Below are positions 25,269-37,753 of a stretch of 64,000 nt of DNA, piece after piece. The notes beneath the pieces are model-generated. The model saw only the letters and a program-made list of their open reading frames with translations, ran no database searches and had not been told where the DNA came from. The position numbers and the translations under genes were made by a program. The stretch is taken from the NCBI GenBank assembly GCA_965649825.1, contig OZ287706.1, forward strand, positions 62,001-126,000. Direction: 5' to 3'. Source of the stretch: Penicillus capitatus (Eukaryota > Plantae > Chlorophyta). Numbering within the stretch: the stretch's first letter is position 1; every line of letters begins with the position of its first letter.

Positions 25269-28200
25269 ATGCGCCATGTTCCCTTAGCGGCTCTCCGCTT
25301 TCGTCCTCCCCGATTGACGATAAACCGAAGATCGTCTGCTCGCGTTCCAACCTTTCGTCAGGCGGCGCAACCAGATGCTTCGTATCCTCAGCCTCCGGCG
25401 GGTGACCCTGCGGACGAAAACGAAGAGCCTTTGGTGCATCCTAATCTACAGGTTCTTTGATTGCATAACAAGACTGTTGTGTGAATAGCGATTTGCACTG
25501 GAAAGCGACTTCAACGACGATGTCGTCGAACAAGAAGAACCGGAACTGCGTCAGCCGATCGAAGACATCTCCGATGGCGAGGACCTACCTGATATTCCAG
25601 TCCAACGCCGCATATGCTGATGCCCCTGTGGTCACTTAGATTCAGATTCCGAGTCTGAGGAGTGGGAAACAGAGCTGGAACTGCAGTCAAAACAAGACGA
25701 CATGGACGAGAATGCAGTTCCAGGGTTCTTGGCATTATACACAGAGCTTCGAAGGAAAACAAATGCCGCAGAACTCTTAGACACGCTCGACGAAAAAGTG
25801 CCTCCAGTTCATTGAGATCTATTTCTCGGCCACTAAGTCGGATCCGCTGACAGATGCCGAATCGTTTGTTGAGTCGTGCAGAGCTGCGTGTGGTTATGAA
25901 GATGCTGAGGGAGCTTCTCACGAAGGATGTCAGCATGAGAGAGCAGGTTAAGACACACCGTTCATGGAAGGTGTTGACAGAGTCATTCAACGCCGTCAAA
26001 GACAGTGTGCCGTTGGCAGTAATGCTTTGTCTCTTGTAGCAGATGGTGGAAGGTGAGGTGGTGTTTTTCCTGAAGGAAACAACAGGAATGCTGACGGTTG
26101 TTGCGTTTCTGGACGGACAGCCTTTTGATCTCACGGTAGATCTCTTTGCTCGCCTGGAATCTCAGCCGCGCCACATACGGAGTGCAAAACCATGGACAAT
26201 ACGCTCTCTCCTGACATCCATGCGCCGGTTGCGGCAACATGTATCTGCTTCGTTTGTGCGTCTTGTACACGAGAAGGTGAACGATTCACTGTCTTCTCAT
26301 TTCAAGTTCACCGTCAGAGAGTATCGCCGATAGGTTTTGCGGGATCTAGAAAGATTCACCGGAACAGAATTGGCAGAAATTTCCAGACAGTTGTCAGCCA
26401 TGCAGCCTCTGCCAACGGCCGGGGCGACAGCTGCCATCTACAGCGCTATCGAGAAGAAGATTCCTCAGATGCCTTTGAAAGGCTTATACAATCTCTGCTC
26501 GCAGAAAATGCCGCAAAAACAACCTGATACTCTTAAGACAGCTATTTTTGACAAGCAAACTCAAGAGGCAGCTTCAAAACTCAACAAACGAATGATGTGG
26601 ATGCAGGTGCATGAGCACAGTTGATGAAATGTCGCCCAGATTCTTGATATCCTTCCTCGAATGGATGTCTTCAGTGATGTATCCTGCGCCTCTAGGATTC
26701 CACAAGGCAAGTGATTCATGGCCACCGATCTATGTCCAACATCCCTCCTTGCTTTGACAGAGAATCCAGTCCGCCATGCTCAGTTTGCCGAGGAAGATCG
26801 ACGGAGACTATGTTGCGAGACTCATTATAGCTTACAATCGGCTTACCATTCTCCCCGACAAGATCGTGCTGTACAAGCTTCGCGACAAAGTAAGAGGATT
26901 GCGTATGATCGTCGCCATGGATTCGATCCTGTTCCTTTCAGTATCTGGCTACTGATAGTGCCCATTCTGTTTATGCTGGGACTTTTTTGCTGCGTGGCTT
27001 CGAACGTCTTAAAATCATCGATGCAACAGAAGCCGAAGCGATCATTGATGCATCCAGTCAGCGTTTGGATGAAGCCAACGTGAAGGACCTTGTTTATTTG
27101 CTCTATATGATGGCACTCCTGAATATTCGACATCCCACTTTGGAGGTTCGTGTTCTGTCGTCGTCGAATAAGGTCCAGAGTTTGTGCGTGCGTTTCAAGG
27201 ATATTGTTTCCAAACTGGCCCGATCTTCAGATCTTACTTCTGATCAACTTTTTCGTGTTATCGCTTCTTTTGCGCGTTTTAGCATGGATGCGAAACTCAA
27301 CGTGGAACCGTTTTTCAAACGCATCCCCACTGCTGTAACCGCCAAAGAACTGGAGAAGAGCGATCTATTGACATTGATCAAGTTGGCGGATGGATTGGTG
27401 AAGCTGAGATACAGAAACACAAATACTGCCATGGCGCTTGCAGAGTTTTTCGAGAAGTGCGTGAAGCGGAGACATTGATTTCTGCAACGATCCTTTTTCT
27501 GTTTAGGTCTTATCAGTCGCTGAACCTCAAAGATCGCCTGTGGGTCACAAAGGGGATTCTTAAGATCGGAGGCGAAACAACAGGCTCAAAGATGGGCTCA
27601 CTGTTAAACACTCTCCTGTCATTGGAGTTGGATTCCGCGACGCTCACAGAGATATCCCATGCTGTGGAGATCGTGGCATTGGCTGGGAAGTGGGCCAGTG
27701 CGTCTGTCCGATCCATCATCCATCAAGCACTGAACATCGTTATGCTTTTCTACAGGAAAAGATGTCCAGATGTACATCGTTGATCTCATCGACAGGCACT
27801 ACAACGACTTCAATAGCGAAGACCTCTCTCGTGTTATTGGATTTGGAACTCAGATTCGGTACATAACACCGAAGTTGATGGGTGTCCTTGTGGACGCAGC
27901 ATATGAGCAGAGCAGTACCATCACAGTGCGCGAAATGTCCTTCATACTGTGGGGATTCGCCAAAGCAAGACACCCTCTGCCTCGCAGTGTTTTCAGTGAC
28001 CTGGCATTAGAAATCACAGAAAACTTGGAGGTAAACGTCTGGATGCGGCAGCAAACGCATAACCGTGTCTTTCTTTCATAGACGTTGGATTTTTTCTCAT
28101 TGAATCGCTACATGTTTGCGTGTGCATCCCTGTCCCATTTGTTTCCCACGCAGATGAAGACAGTTGCGGATCGCATAACTTCGTCAGACATCAAGGACCT

Positions 28201-30818
28201 CGATATGTTTACCGTGGGAACTTTTGCTTGGGCTGTTGGAAAGCTTGAGTATAAGTAAGAGCGCAAGTCGTTACGGAATATCACAGATACGAATGAAGGA
28301 GCATGATAGGAACGACAGAGTACTTCAGTGGTTTCAAACGAACATGCAGAGAAACGTTCTTGGACGGGCAACACTCGGCAATCTATCCAGCATCATGTTT
28401 ATTTTCGTGAGATTCCGTGAGACGACATCATGTCATGCTGCTTTGCTGATCGTTGCTTTGTGCTGCAGATGTTGTGCCGTCCGAAGGCTTTCTACAAGAA
28501 GTGATTTCTCGAATGACAGGAAATATGAAACGCATAGCGCCTTACGAGTTCGGCGTTGTGCTCTGTGGTCTTGCTATCTTTGGGTGTGATATTCCACCAC
28601 GCTGGCTGGAACAGGCAATGGACTATTTTGAGCAGAATCTCTCGAAATTTCGAGTATATTCTCTGTGCTACGCGCTGTGGAGTCTTGTAAAGTATGCCGT
28701 GCTCTGTCTGAAGGCGTTCAGTAATCGATGCCTGCAAATCACTTCTGTTTAGAATTGGATATCGCCCAAGGAAGGACGTCATCACAACCTGTTGTACACT
28801 GGTCTCCGACAAGCTCTCCACGACAGGCACGCCACAACTGGCGCATTTCATATGGGCTTGTGGGCAGTCTAAGTACAATCCGGAACCCATCTTCTCGGGG
28901 GTCATGCCTGCTTTTCTCCTTCTTTGTTACTGTTTTCAACCTAAACGGGTTGCAGATGGAAGAGCGGATCGTCAAAGAAGCGGAAAAAATGTCACCAACG
29001 ACTGCTGCAACGTTGGCCTGGGGTATTGGAGGATGTCAATGGAAAAACACCAATGCGATCAAAGCATTGGCCTGGGGATGCTACGATCGCATGGAGAGAA
29101 TGCCGGCAACCGAATTCTCAGGTTCATTGGAGCACTGCCTTGCAACCTGTCGCTATATGCTCAACAGGGTTCATCTGGGGTCTGGCCAGCTCTGGTTTGT
29201 ACGACAGAAAGTTTTTCTTGAGAGCAGCGAAGGTGGCCGCTGAGAAAGAAAAGGAAATGTCTGCAAACGATCTCCTGTTGAGCGTGTGGGCGTTCGCTCG
29301 CGCACTGCGACCAGCAGATCTCTTCCTTCGACAGGCAATGGACCGTTTGCCCGGCGTCATCCATACGTATGACAGTCGTCAGTTATTATCTCTGTCCTGG
29401 GCGCTAACTCGAGTACCGTTCCCGATCTCCATTGCCATTCTGAGTGTGTGCTCTAGATGGGGAAATACGAATTGGCTGTCATCCAGTCACTAGAGAAATC
29501 TGTCGAGTCCAAAATAGAAACATTCGATATAAGGGTGCGTCGTTTCGCCGTCGACAGAGTGCCGGACACTAAATGATGAGAGTGTAGGGTTTTGTGATGT
29601 CTCTCCATTCATTTGCCACTCTTGGTCATGTTCCCGATTCTCTCGACATGATGTTAAAGAGAGTTGCAGAGATCCCTTATGGAAAACTCTTCAGAACTTG
29701 GATACTCATGCACTTACTGTGGACATACGTTCAGTTCAGCCGACGTCCACCGCCGAGTGTCCTCGCCGCATTACAAGAGTACGTGGCCGCTGCGATGCAG
29801 AATCGCTGGGAAGGCAGAAGGAGAACAGACGACCAACCGGTACGGTGTCGCATCACATCTGCCTCTCCCACTATCGCTGCCCTATAGAGCATGTCACCAG
29901 CACAACTCATCATGAGTGTCTGGTGCCTGTACGCCCTGGGATTGCATGCAACAGATACGGCAAACATTTGTGCTCGTCGCGCAAATGAATTGGATATTCT
30001 GGAGGACATCTCCTACAAGGCGACAACCAAGGTTATGAGTATTGCAACAGGAGTGCATCCTTCATTTGAGTCTTTGTGTGTTGGATCCAGCTTGTACAGT
30101 GTCTTCTGCTGGTCACTTATGCAGATTATCCATCACCGCTCTTGTCTATTCCGACGCATTACAAGGATATGATGCTACGTGCGAATCAGTCCGTCGTCTC
30201 TTCCCAGTGTGGACAGGATCCTCACGATTTTCATCTTCAAGTGGCATCAGCTCTACGCGTTTTGGAATTGGATTACAAGCAAAGAATCGCGTCACCGGAC
30301 GGGCGAGAATCACGGCATCGACATTGCAGGATGCATCACGTTGGTTGAATGTGTAGGAATCTACTGTTGGACTTCGTTGTCACAAATGCCGACGAGACAG
30401 CGCAGCCACAGTCGGTGGTTCTGTATGTGTGCCCAGAGGCATACTGTTTTAGAAATCGACATGATCTGACGGGCAAGACGAAATTCGAGATAAGATTAAG
30501 AGAGGTAAGACGATCTCCAATGCCATCGATATACACGCATTCAACATTGAGACTCGTGTGTCTTGTCAGGCTGCCGGTTTCTATGTGATCCCTGTCACTG
30601 AATTCGAGTGGAATGAGGCCGTGGGACGTGGCGGCAGTGGTGTGCAATATCTCTGGGGCCTGCTGACAGGTCACGGCTTCAAATTGAGAGAACCTCCTTC
30701 AAACGGTCGAGAGAGCGAGAGGCTGGTTGATGCAGTGGCTGCCGTGGACCCCGGTGCTTGGGTGGACAGCTATCAGGACGGTCTGCAAGACGATACAACC
30801 CATGTGGATGCACTCTAA
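25269..30818 (+). CDS. Very large helical-repeat (OPR/HPR-like) protein with C-terminal RAP domain; probable organellar RNA-processing factor
   Basis: Many exons with repeats such as EMSFILWGFAKARHP, TVGTFAWAVGKL, LLLSVWAFARALRP, QLIMSVWCLYALG; C-terminal DFHLQVASAL...NRHDLTGKTKF...GFYVIPVTEFEW RAP-like segment; Arg/Pro-rich transit-like start. Exact start and some junctions uncertain. Confidence 0.8.
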
Positions 30819-30987
30819 CCGTTTTTTGTCTTTTGATGACGCGTGTTCGGCGCGTCGAACGGTTTTCTGTCGTACTCGAAAGCGATTGACGGCCGACGGG
30901 AGTAAAGAGGTCGTGCGTGACCTATTGCCAAACACAGCTCTCTATTTTGAGATAAGCATCTGTACCGCCGAGACCCATCGAATCGAG

Positions 30988-32325
30988 ATGCCACTGACAA
31001 AGATCTGGATTGACTGTTCTGGCAGTGTCGATGACATTCTGGGTATGGAACGCCCCAACTTCACCAATCACCATATAACACAACCAACGCTTGTCGCTTC
31101 CAGCACTGATCATTCTTCTCGATGCTCCTGACTATGACGTCGTGGCAATTTCTTCTGTTCGGGGGAAAACGGTCACTTGTATAGCCCAGATGGGTGGAAT
31201 GTATTGTGTGTTTTGTAGACAGTGGATCAAGGAATGGCAAATATCCATCGCGTGCTTCACGTGTGCAAGAGGTGTCATGTCATCCACCCTCTCTTGTGTT
31301 GAGCACATCAAGAGATTCGTTGTTTGGGTTGTTCTGCACAGAACAGATATTCCGATCTATTGTGGATCAGACGAACCGCTCTTGAGTCCATTTCCACAGA
31401 TAGATAGCCGCTATGCCGCCGCCGAGAACTCCGCCAATTCATCCTTTCCCGCTTCAAAGAAATCGGACGGAAAAGTAGAAGCAGCTTCGGCATCACATGC
31501 AGCCATTCATCTCGTCGAAACCGCCAAAAAGATGGAAGGTATTGACATGTTGTTTATCAGACAGGAGTATGGCATTGATGATACTTCATATGCATGTGGC
31601 TGCTGCAGGCGAGTTGATTCTAGTCAGTCTTGGACCCCTGACAAACATTGCTGTTGCCTGCATCCTGGATCCACTGTTCCCGCTGCACGTTGGAAAGTAC
31701 GTGGCTGTTGGTGGCAGTGAGATGGGTGGAGACGTGTCCCAAGTGGCCGAGTTCAACTTCTTCATCGATCCAGAAGCGGTTCAACTCGTCATGCGCAAGT
31801 TTCCCTGGATCCTGCTTGTACAATAATGCTGCTGCCTGTGATGTTGTGCCATCCATGTCTTCTGAGTAGATTACGCATGGCCTTGGTCAGAAGTATGTCT
31901 GGAGCATCAAAGAAGAATGGCTCGAAAAAGCAGAAACGGCCAAAGCACGTCTGATTGAAGGCAAGTGCAAGAGAACGAGGAGCACAAACAAGGATATTCT
32001 GTTCATAGGCATCTTGACGGTTCATGAAGAGATCAATGACAAAATCGAATGGATAGGCACTGCCACAATCGCAGCTGCCGTTGTCGGCACTCCAGGTGCG
32101 AAGCTCTGCCTTTATGTGGCACTACCGTGTTGATCTTCAGATCTGGTAACTACTTCACGAGCATCGCGATGCGAGATTGAGATCATTGGAAAGGTCACAC
32201 GTGGTCAGTCAGTGTTCACTTATGGTTCGTCCGATCAAGATGCACGAATGCCTCCAAACATTGCCGTCGTCACCGAAATCGATGCGATTCAGCTGCGTCA
32301 AGTTTTGAGAAATGTTATTGTCTAA
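30988..32325 (+). CDS. Inosine/uridine nucleoside hydrolase-family protein with degenerate active site
   Basis: KIWIDCSGSVDDIL/ALIILL, IPIYCGSDEPL, LVSLGPLTNIA, AEFNFFIDPEA, GKVTRGQSV, PNIAVVTEIDAIQLRQVL*. Confidence 0.85.
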
Positions 32326-32329
32326 GGGA

Positions 32330-32737
32330 ATGATACTTGAGCGTATGCTTTTTTCTGCTTTGTATATACTATGTACCATCTTTGGGTATGCTATATCCGA
32401 TACAGATGGTCTGTTTTCCGTTACTCTTCTTCCCTCTGTCGGAAACTGTGGTGCATGCACCCTTGGAAGAATCGGTTGTCCATACTCTGTTTTTAGAGGC
32501 GGTCCACCTTCCGTGGCAATTCTATCTGTCCATGGAAGATCGGTGATATTTGACCAAAGCAAAACCATCATCTACTTGCACGAGAGTTTGTCTAATGCAG
32601 TAATGTTGTGTGATTCAACAGACTCTCAGTATTGTGCAGTTTCCCAATATCACTCACCATCAACAGTTGTATACGAGCACCCAAAAGTTCTCTACATATG
32701 CGTTGCTGATCATCAGATTCGAATCAAAGACAAGTGA
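32330..32737 (+). CDS. Candidate small secreted Cys-containing protein (135 aa, single exon)
   Basis: ATG 4 nt after the hydrolase stop; hydrophobic N-terminus MILERMLFSALYILCTIFGYAIS; several Cys; support is ORF length and composition only. Confidence 0.3.
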   Translation: MILERMLFSALYILCTIFGYAISDTDGLFSVTLLPSVGNCGACTLGRIGCPYSVFRGGPPSVAILSVHGRSVIFDQSKTIIYLHESLSNAVMLCDSTDSQYCAVSQYHSPSTVVYEHPKVLYICVADHQIRIKDK

Positions 32738-32850
32738 CGGACTGCGACAATTCTCGGCAAATCTCTTCAAGACGAAAGACTGCGTCAAACACCTATGTCG
32801 GGATGTGATATTTATCACCGTACTGTTGATTGATCGTTGCCAAGTCGGCT

Positions 32851-34693
32851 TCAAATGACTCTGGACATAAAGGCATGACAGAGAATAGATCGATCCAGTG
32901 GGTCACCTGGAATCATATGTTCTCCGATCAGATAGTTGCCAAGCTTTCCAAAGATTTCCAGCTGACTTCTTTGATCTAACTTCAGGACAGTCTCCAGAAT
33001 GCTTGCAACATCGATCTCCGTTTCTCGGATGAATGCAAAGTAATAGAGATAGGAAAACATCGCCATCAGTGTCTACACGAAAGCGGGAAACAGAATTCTG
33101 AGCAGGGTCAGTAGATTGAGGTCAGGCAGCACTTGGCAGTCCATTCGATCTGTCATGCCACCATGCCCAGGTATGATGGCCGCAAAGTCCTTTACTTGAA
33201 ATGCCCTCTTAAAGCCGCTGGCGAAAAAACCAGCGAATGGAGCAATGACGGATGCAAAAACGGCGAGGACAGCTGCATGAAACAGCATCGGCTCAAAAGT
33301 CAGTTTCGTCATTTCTACTGGAATCCTGATGGATTCTGGAAGTCTCTTGATCATCTCTAACCCCAGATTGGATAGACTCGGTGTTAGAATACCGAGCAGA
33401 TCGTTGATGTCATGCTCTTTCTCCACAAATATCTATGCAGCAGAGGAAGTGGTCGATGGATCATATGTGCCGATTGTACACGTACTGCAGAACGCTCACA
33501 GGTAATCCATCCCATCGACAGATCCAGTCTCGGACAGGTCAACCACTCATACCTCAGCATTATTCTAAACAGCGTTCATCTCTCTCGACACTTGCACCGT
33601 GCACACAGACGCACGCACTTGGTCAGCGGATAGGATGCCAGGACGGTGCACACAAAGCCAAAGAGGAAACCTTCCCAGGTCTTCTTTGGGGAGAGCTTAA
33701 TCAACGGCGTCCTCCCGAAACAGAAACCTATCCGTGTGGCAACAGACCTTCGCGAATTCTTCACACATGTATTGCACCCACCTCCCAGGTATGCTGTCAT
33801 GTCATTGATGATGATCAGTGAACAAGGGAGGAGAAACCAGATGATTCCCTGAAAGATGTTTGAAATGAGGAAAGAAGAAGGAACGAAGACGATCATCAGT
33901 ATCATGTGTGTCCAAGCATACTGACCAAACTGGTACAGATACATTCCCTTCTGCAGGCTTAACACGAACAGGATGAAACCTTCAGCAAGAATAAGACTGT
34001 TTAAGCATCTAAGATGACTTGTGTGCGCTTACCAATGGTGTAGAGGATGTAAGATATGAGGGAATGCTTTATTAGGAGCCAGGTAAAGAGTCTCGACAGT
34101 TGTGCATCGGCAACGAGCTCTATCCACAGATTCTTCTCGATGAATCTGGAAAGAATGAGATTTCAATTGCAGGGTTACCCAATCAGTCAGCCATCTCAGT
34201 TCTAAGAATGACGACAGGTAAACTGTGCATCCATCCATACCTTAAGTGGAAGAAAAACGTAGCCACTCCAAAGAAGTACCATTGCTGCGCGCGAAACCAA
34301 GGAAGCTTGTTTTCTTGCTGTGCTTCGCGTGCCAGGTTGAACAGTTCTCCGACCATGCACCACTGAAGCAGGCAATCAATCATCCATTGTTTCTGTCGGA
34401 TCAGAGTGTGTACTTGAATAAACCAAACGAGGGCGACCAGTGGGACATGACCCATGTAGACGATAAGTATGAAACTCCCAATCATGAACATCGAAGAGAA
34501 GAATCGCGTTCGGAAGGAACGGAGCTTCTGTCGCGACTGTCAGTCACATAAGCTGTCAATAAGAGTCGCGGGGATAAGAAAGTCGCGCTTCGCTCTTTGG
34601 GCTCTGCATTGTTTCGGTTGTTGGATCATCGTTCGGCGGTTTCTTCTGCACAGTCTCTGGTCGTGTTGACGCCGGTGGCTGTCGTTTTCTCAT
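32851..34693 (-). CDS. CDS1: Phosphatidate cytidylyltransferase (CDP-DAG synthase, eukaryotic type)
   Basis: [87 protein letters not shown]. Confidence 0.95.
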
Positions 34694-34923
34694 TCTCCGT
34701 TAGATAATGAAAGCGGACGTCGCTCTCGAGTATTAAATCGACAGATCGATCGATCGGCTCAGCATTACAACACACGATGCATGCCAGCATAAAAACCACG
34801 CTGCGCCTCCGCCACAGATGAAGGTTGAACAATCGAACCGGCAAGCAGACGATTTGGCTAAGTCAAAATCAAACATTCGCAAAGGATATGTAGAAAGAAT
34901 AGACGACGGTCGCATTCACCGAG

Positions 34924-36150
34924 CTAGTAGCCCATTCCACGAATCTCGTGTCCTCCGTCCGCATTCAAGATCTGACCTGTGATGTAAGAAGCCGCATCAG
35001 AAGCCAAGAATGCGACGGCATCTGGCAGAAGAAGAGATGAGAGACTGTAGAGGGGAGTTAAAGGATAGCGTTACTCGCGATCTCATGAGGTTGACCTGGG
35101 CGTCTCATTGGCGTCTCTGAGTTGTACAGTTTTAAAGCTTGAGGATCTTCGATCATCTGCAGGCAGATGCACACATCAGCCAGAAACTGGACAAACGGAC
35201 GGAATGGATTTACGGATTTAGTCATATCCGTATCTATAACTCCAGGAGCCACACAGTTCACGCGGATCTTGTCAGGAGCCCATTCGCATGCCAATGTCTT
35301 TGTTAACATGTTTAGTGCAGATTTGGACATGTTATAATGGCACACTGCAATCTACATCATCAGTAGGAATGACTTGTGCTGTTGAATGCATTCACTTTCG
35401 GCTATGGCTCGGCTTCCCCCTGCCCTAGATCCAATATTGACCACGGCAGCACCATCACTCGCCTTCAACAACGGATACATAGTCTAGGAGCACACAGTGC
35501 ATAGCGAACTACAACGACAAATGGAGAAATCCATAAGCATACCTGGCACATGTCTACCACTGCTTTGACATTCGTGTCCATGACAAAGTCAAAATCCTCT
35601 CTTGTATGTTCCATGAAACCTTTCACCACAGCGACACCAGCATTGTTCACTGGCAAATCAACAGACAATTAAACTAAGAAACTTTGAAGGATGATGTCTT
35701 ATGTCTTACCAAGAACGTTGAGCTTTCCATCGAATGCCTCAGTAACCTACAGTGATACTCTCATTTGCAGAAACAGACCTCGAAACTTGAAGCACCTTCT
35801 CAAATAGCACTTTCAACGATTCGACGTCGGTGATGTCACATGGACATCCCTAGAGCGCAATCGTCTCCTCCGTTAACAGTCGAGAATATCTTTCGCATAC
35901 TTGAACGTCGTATCCTTTGGACTTCAGCTTCGCAAACAGCTCATCGAGTGCTTTCTGCTTGCGAGCGCATGCAAAGACCTGACATCACAACGCCACAGTA
36001 GGAGTATATAGACATAACAAAACGCATCGGAAATCTTCCACGAACTAGACAGCTCACCCGTGCCCCTTTCGAAGCTAGCAGCTCGACGGTCGCCGCTCCG
36101 ATGCCTTTGGATCCTCCCGTCACCAAACAAGTCAAGCCTGTGAACTCCAT
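34924..36150 (-). CDS. SDR copy A, tropinone-reductase-like short-chain dehydrogenase/reductase
   Basis: [23 protein letters not shown] (YxxxK), [37 protein letters not shown]; appears intact after splicing. Confidence 0.9.
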
Positions 36151-37423
36151 TTGTGCAAAGACACGAGTACGTTCGCGCTTAGGTACCCACCACCGAAAAC
36201 GCCGGAATTCAAACGATGTATCTCGTGTCTCTGCTAGGCATGGGCAAACCTTAAAATAGAACTACCTAATGCAAATTTGCCTCGTACACAAAAACCTTCT
36301 GAGACGAGAGATACCGGAAATTGGCGTATTAGCGTCAATGTTTTACGACAGGAACGGACAAAGGACGCAAACAGCAAATTTACTGACCCGTGCGTATCTC
36401 CAAGACGTAAGTAACGTCGAACTGTGTCTTTTGTGCGTATTCCTGATACAAGCATTTGCATTTGCACACAGAATTCTGCCACCTTTTTACGCAATCTAGC
36501 GGAAATCTACGGTTTGTCTCCTACCGAAGACAAGTTCAATAGATAGCGCAAGCATCGAACATACATGGGAATTCTCATTTAATACTGCAGCAGATGTCAC
36601 CACACAGAGACCTGAAGAACAATCCTCCAAGAAATGGCAATTCAGTCCCGTTCAGAACAACTGGAGAGCTTGATGTAACAAGATGTATAGGAAATTGTCT
36701 ATTTATGCTAAACAGGCAGAACTCGTCAGTATCCGAATCCACGGACTGTATGACCCCGTCAACGTACAATCTCTGGCCTGTGACATATGAAGACGCGGAG
36801 GAGGCAAAAAAGCCAACGACACCTGATGAGCACAAGACCACAGATATAAATGCAAGGTACTGTACACGTAATGATACTTGCGATCTCTTCTGGCTGTGCA
36901 GGACGTTGCAACGGTGTTTCTGCGGTATAAGCATTCAGTTCCTTGGGATCGTTCATCATCTGAGAATCCAAGGGCCTCCACACGGTTTGGATGGACAGAA
37001 TGCCTTACTCGCACAGACATGTCTGTATCCACCACTCCAGGAGCCACACAGTTCACACGGATTTTGTCCGAGGCCCATTCGCAACACAATGTCCGCGTCA
37101 ACATGTCTAATGCAGATTTGGATAAGTTATAGTGACACACTATTACGAAGAAGACAGTAAATGTCATTTCTATTGCTGCGCATTTTACTTCCTGCCATGG
37201 CTCGGGTTGATCCTGCAATGGATCCGATGTTGATTACAGAAGAACCTCCACTCGCTTTCAGCAGAGGATATGCCGCCTGTTCACAGCGGAAGTGCTATCA
37301 GTCCAATGACAAAAGGGATGGCATCTTCACACTTGACAAACATCGATCGCCGATTTGAGGTTTGTGTGCATGATGTAATCAAAGTCGTCTCCTGTGTGGT
37401 CAACGAAAGGTTTGGAAACCAGG

Positions 37424-37608
37424 TGTCGAGATGGGATGATGAAGGCAAGTAATGAAGATCATTACTGAACATCGTCCCGTGCGTGCTTAGCACGGTGGTA
37501 ACATCACATCATGCGTATAAGTAAAAAGAGATTCGATTAGATTTGTAACTTCTGCGCACAAACTTTCTTTTAAGAACTTTACTGCGTCTTCTGAAGCAAT
37601 GTGTAACA
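37424..37608 (+). repeat. 5' LTR (185 bp), followed by a PBS-like tggtttcggagc (37609-37620)
   Basis: Direct repeat of 42056-42236; contains tataag and TGTAA; the PBS-like 12-mer differs at 2 positions from the tRNA-iMet PBS TGGTATCAGAGC. Confidence 0.95.
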
Positions 37609-37753
37609 TGGTTTCGGAGCACAAGTTTTTGACAACCGAGCGACATGAAGTTGAGACGGCGATAAACGCGGCGTCTATGGTCGCCGACGGCTATCGGACG
37701 AGGGTCGGAAAACTGATGGAAAAAGTCGAAGGGCTCCCCCCCTTTTCGAGCTT

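Noticed and set aside
35346-35356. Extra AG 7 nt upstream of an acceptor in SDR-A that could cause mis-splicing
   Set aside because: A single-base difference from copy E; its effect cannot be judged without junction reads.
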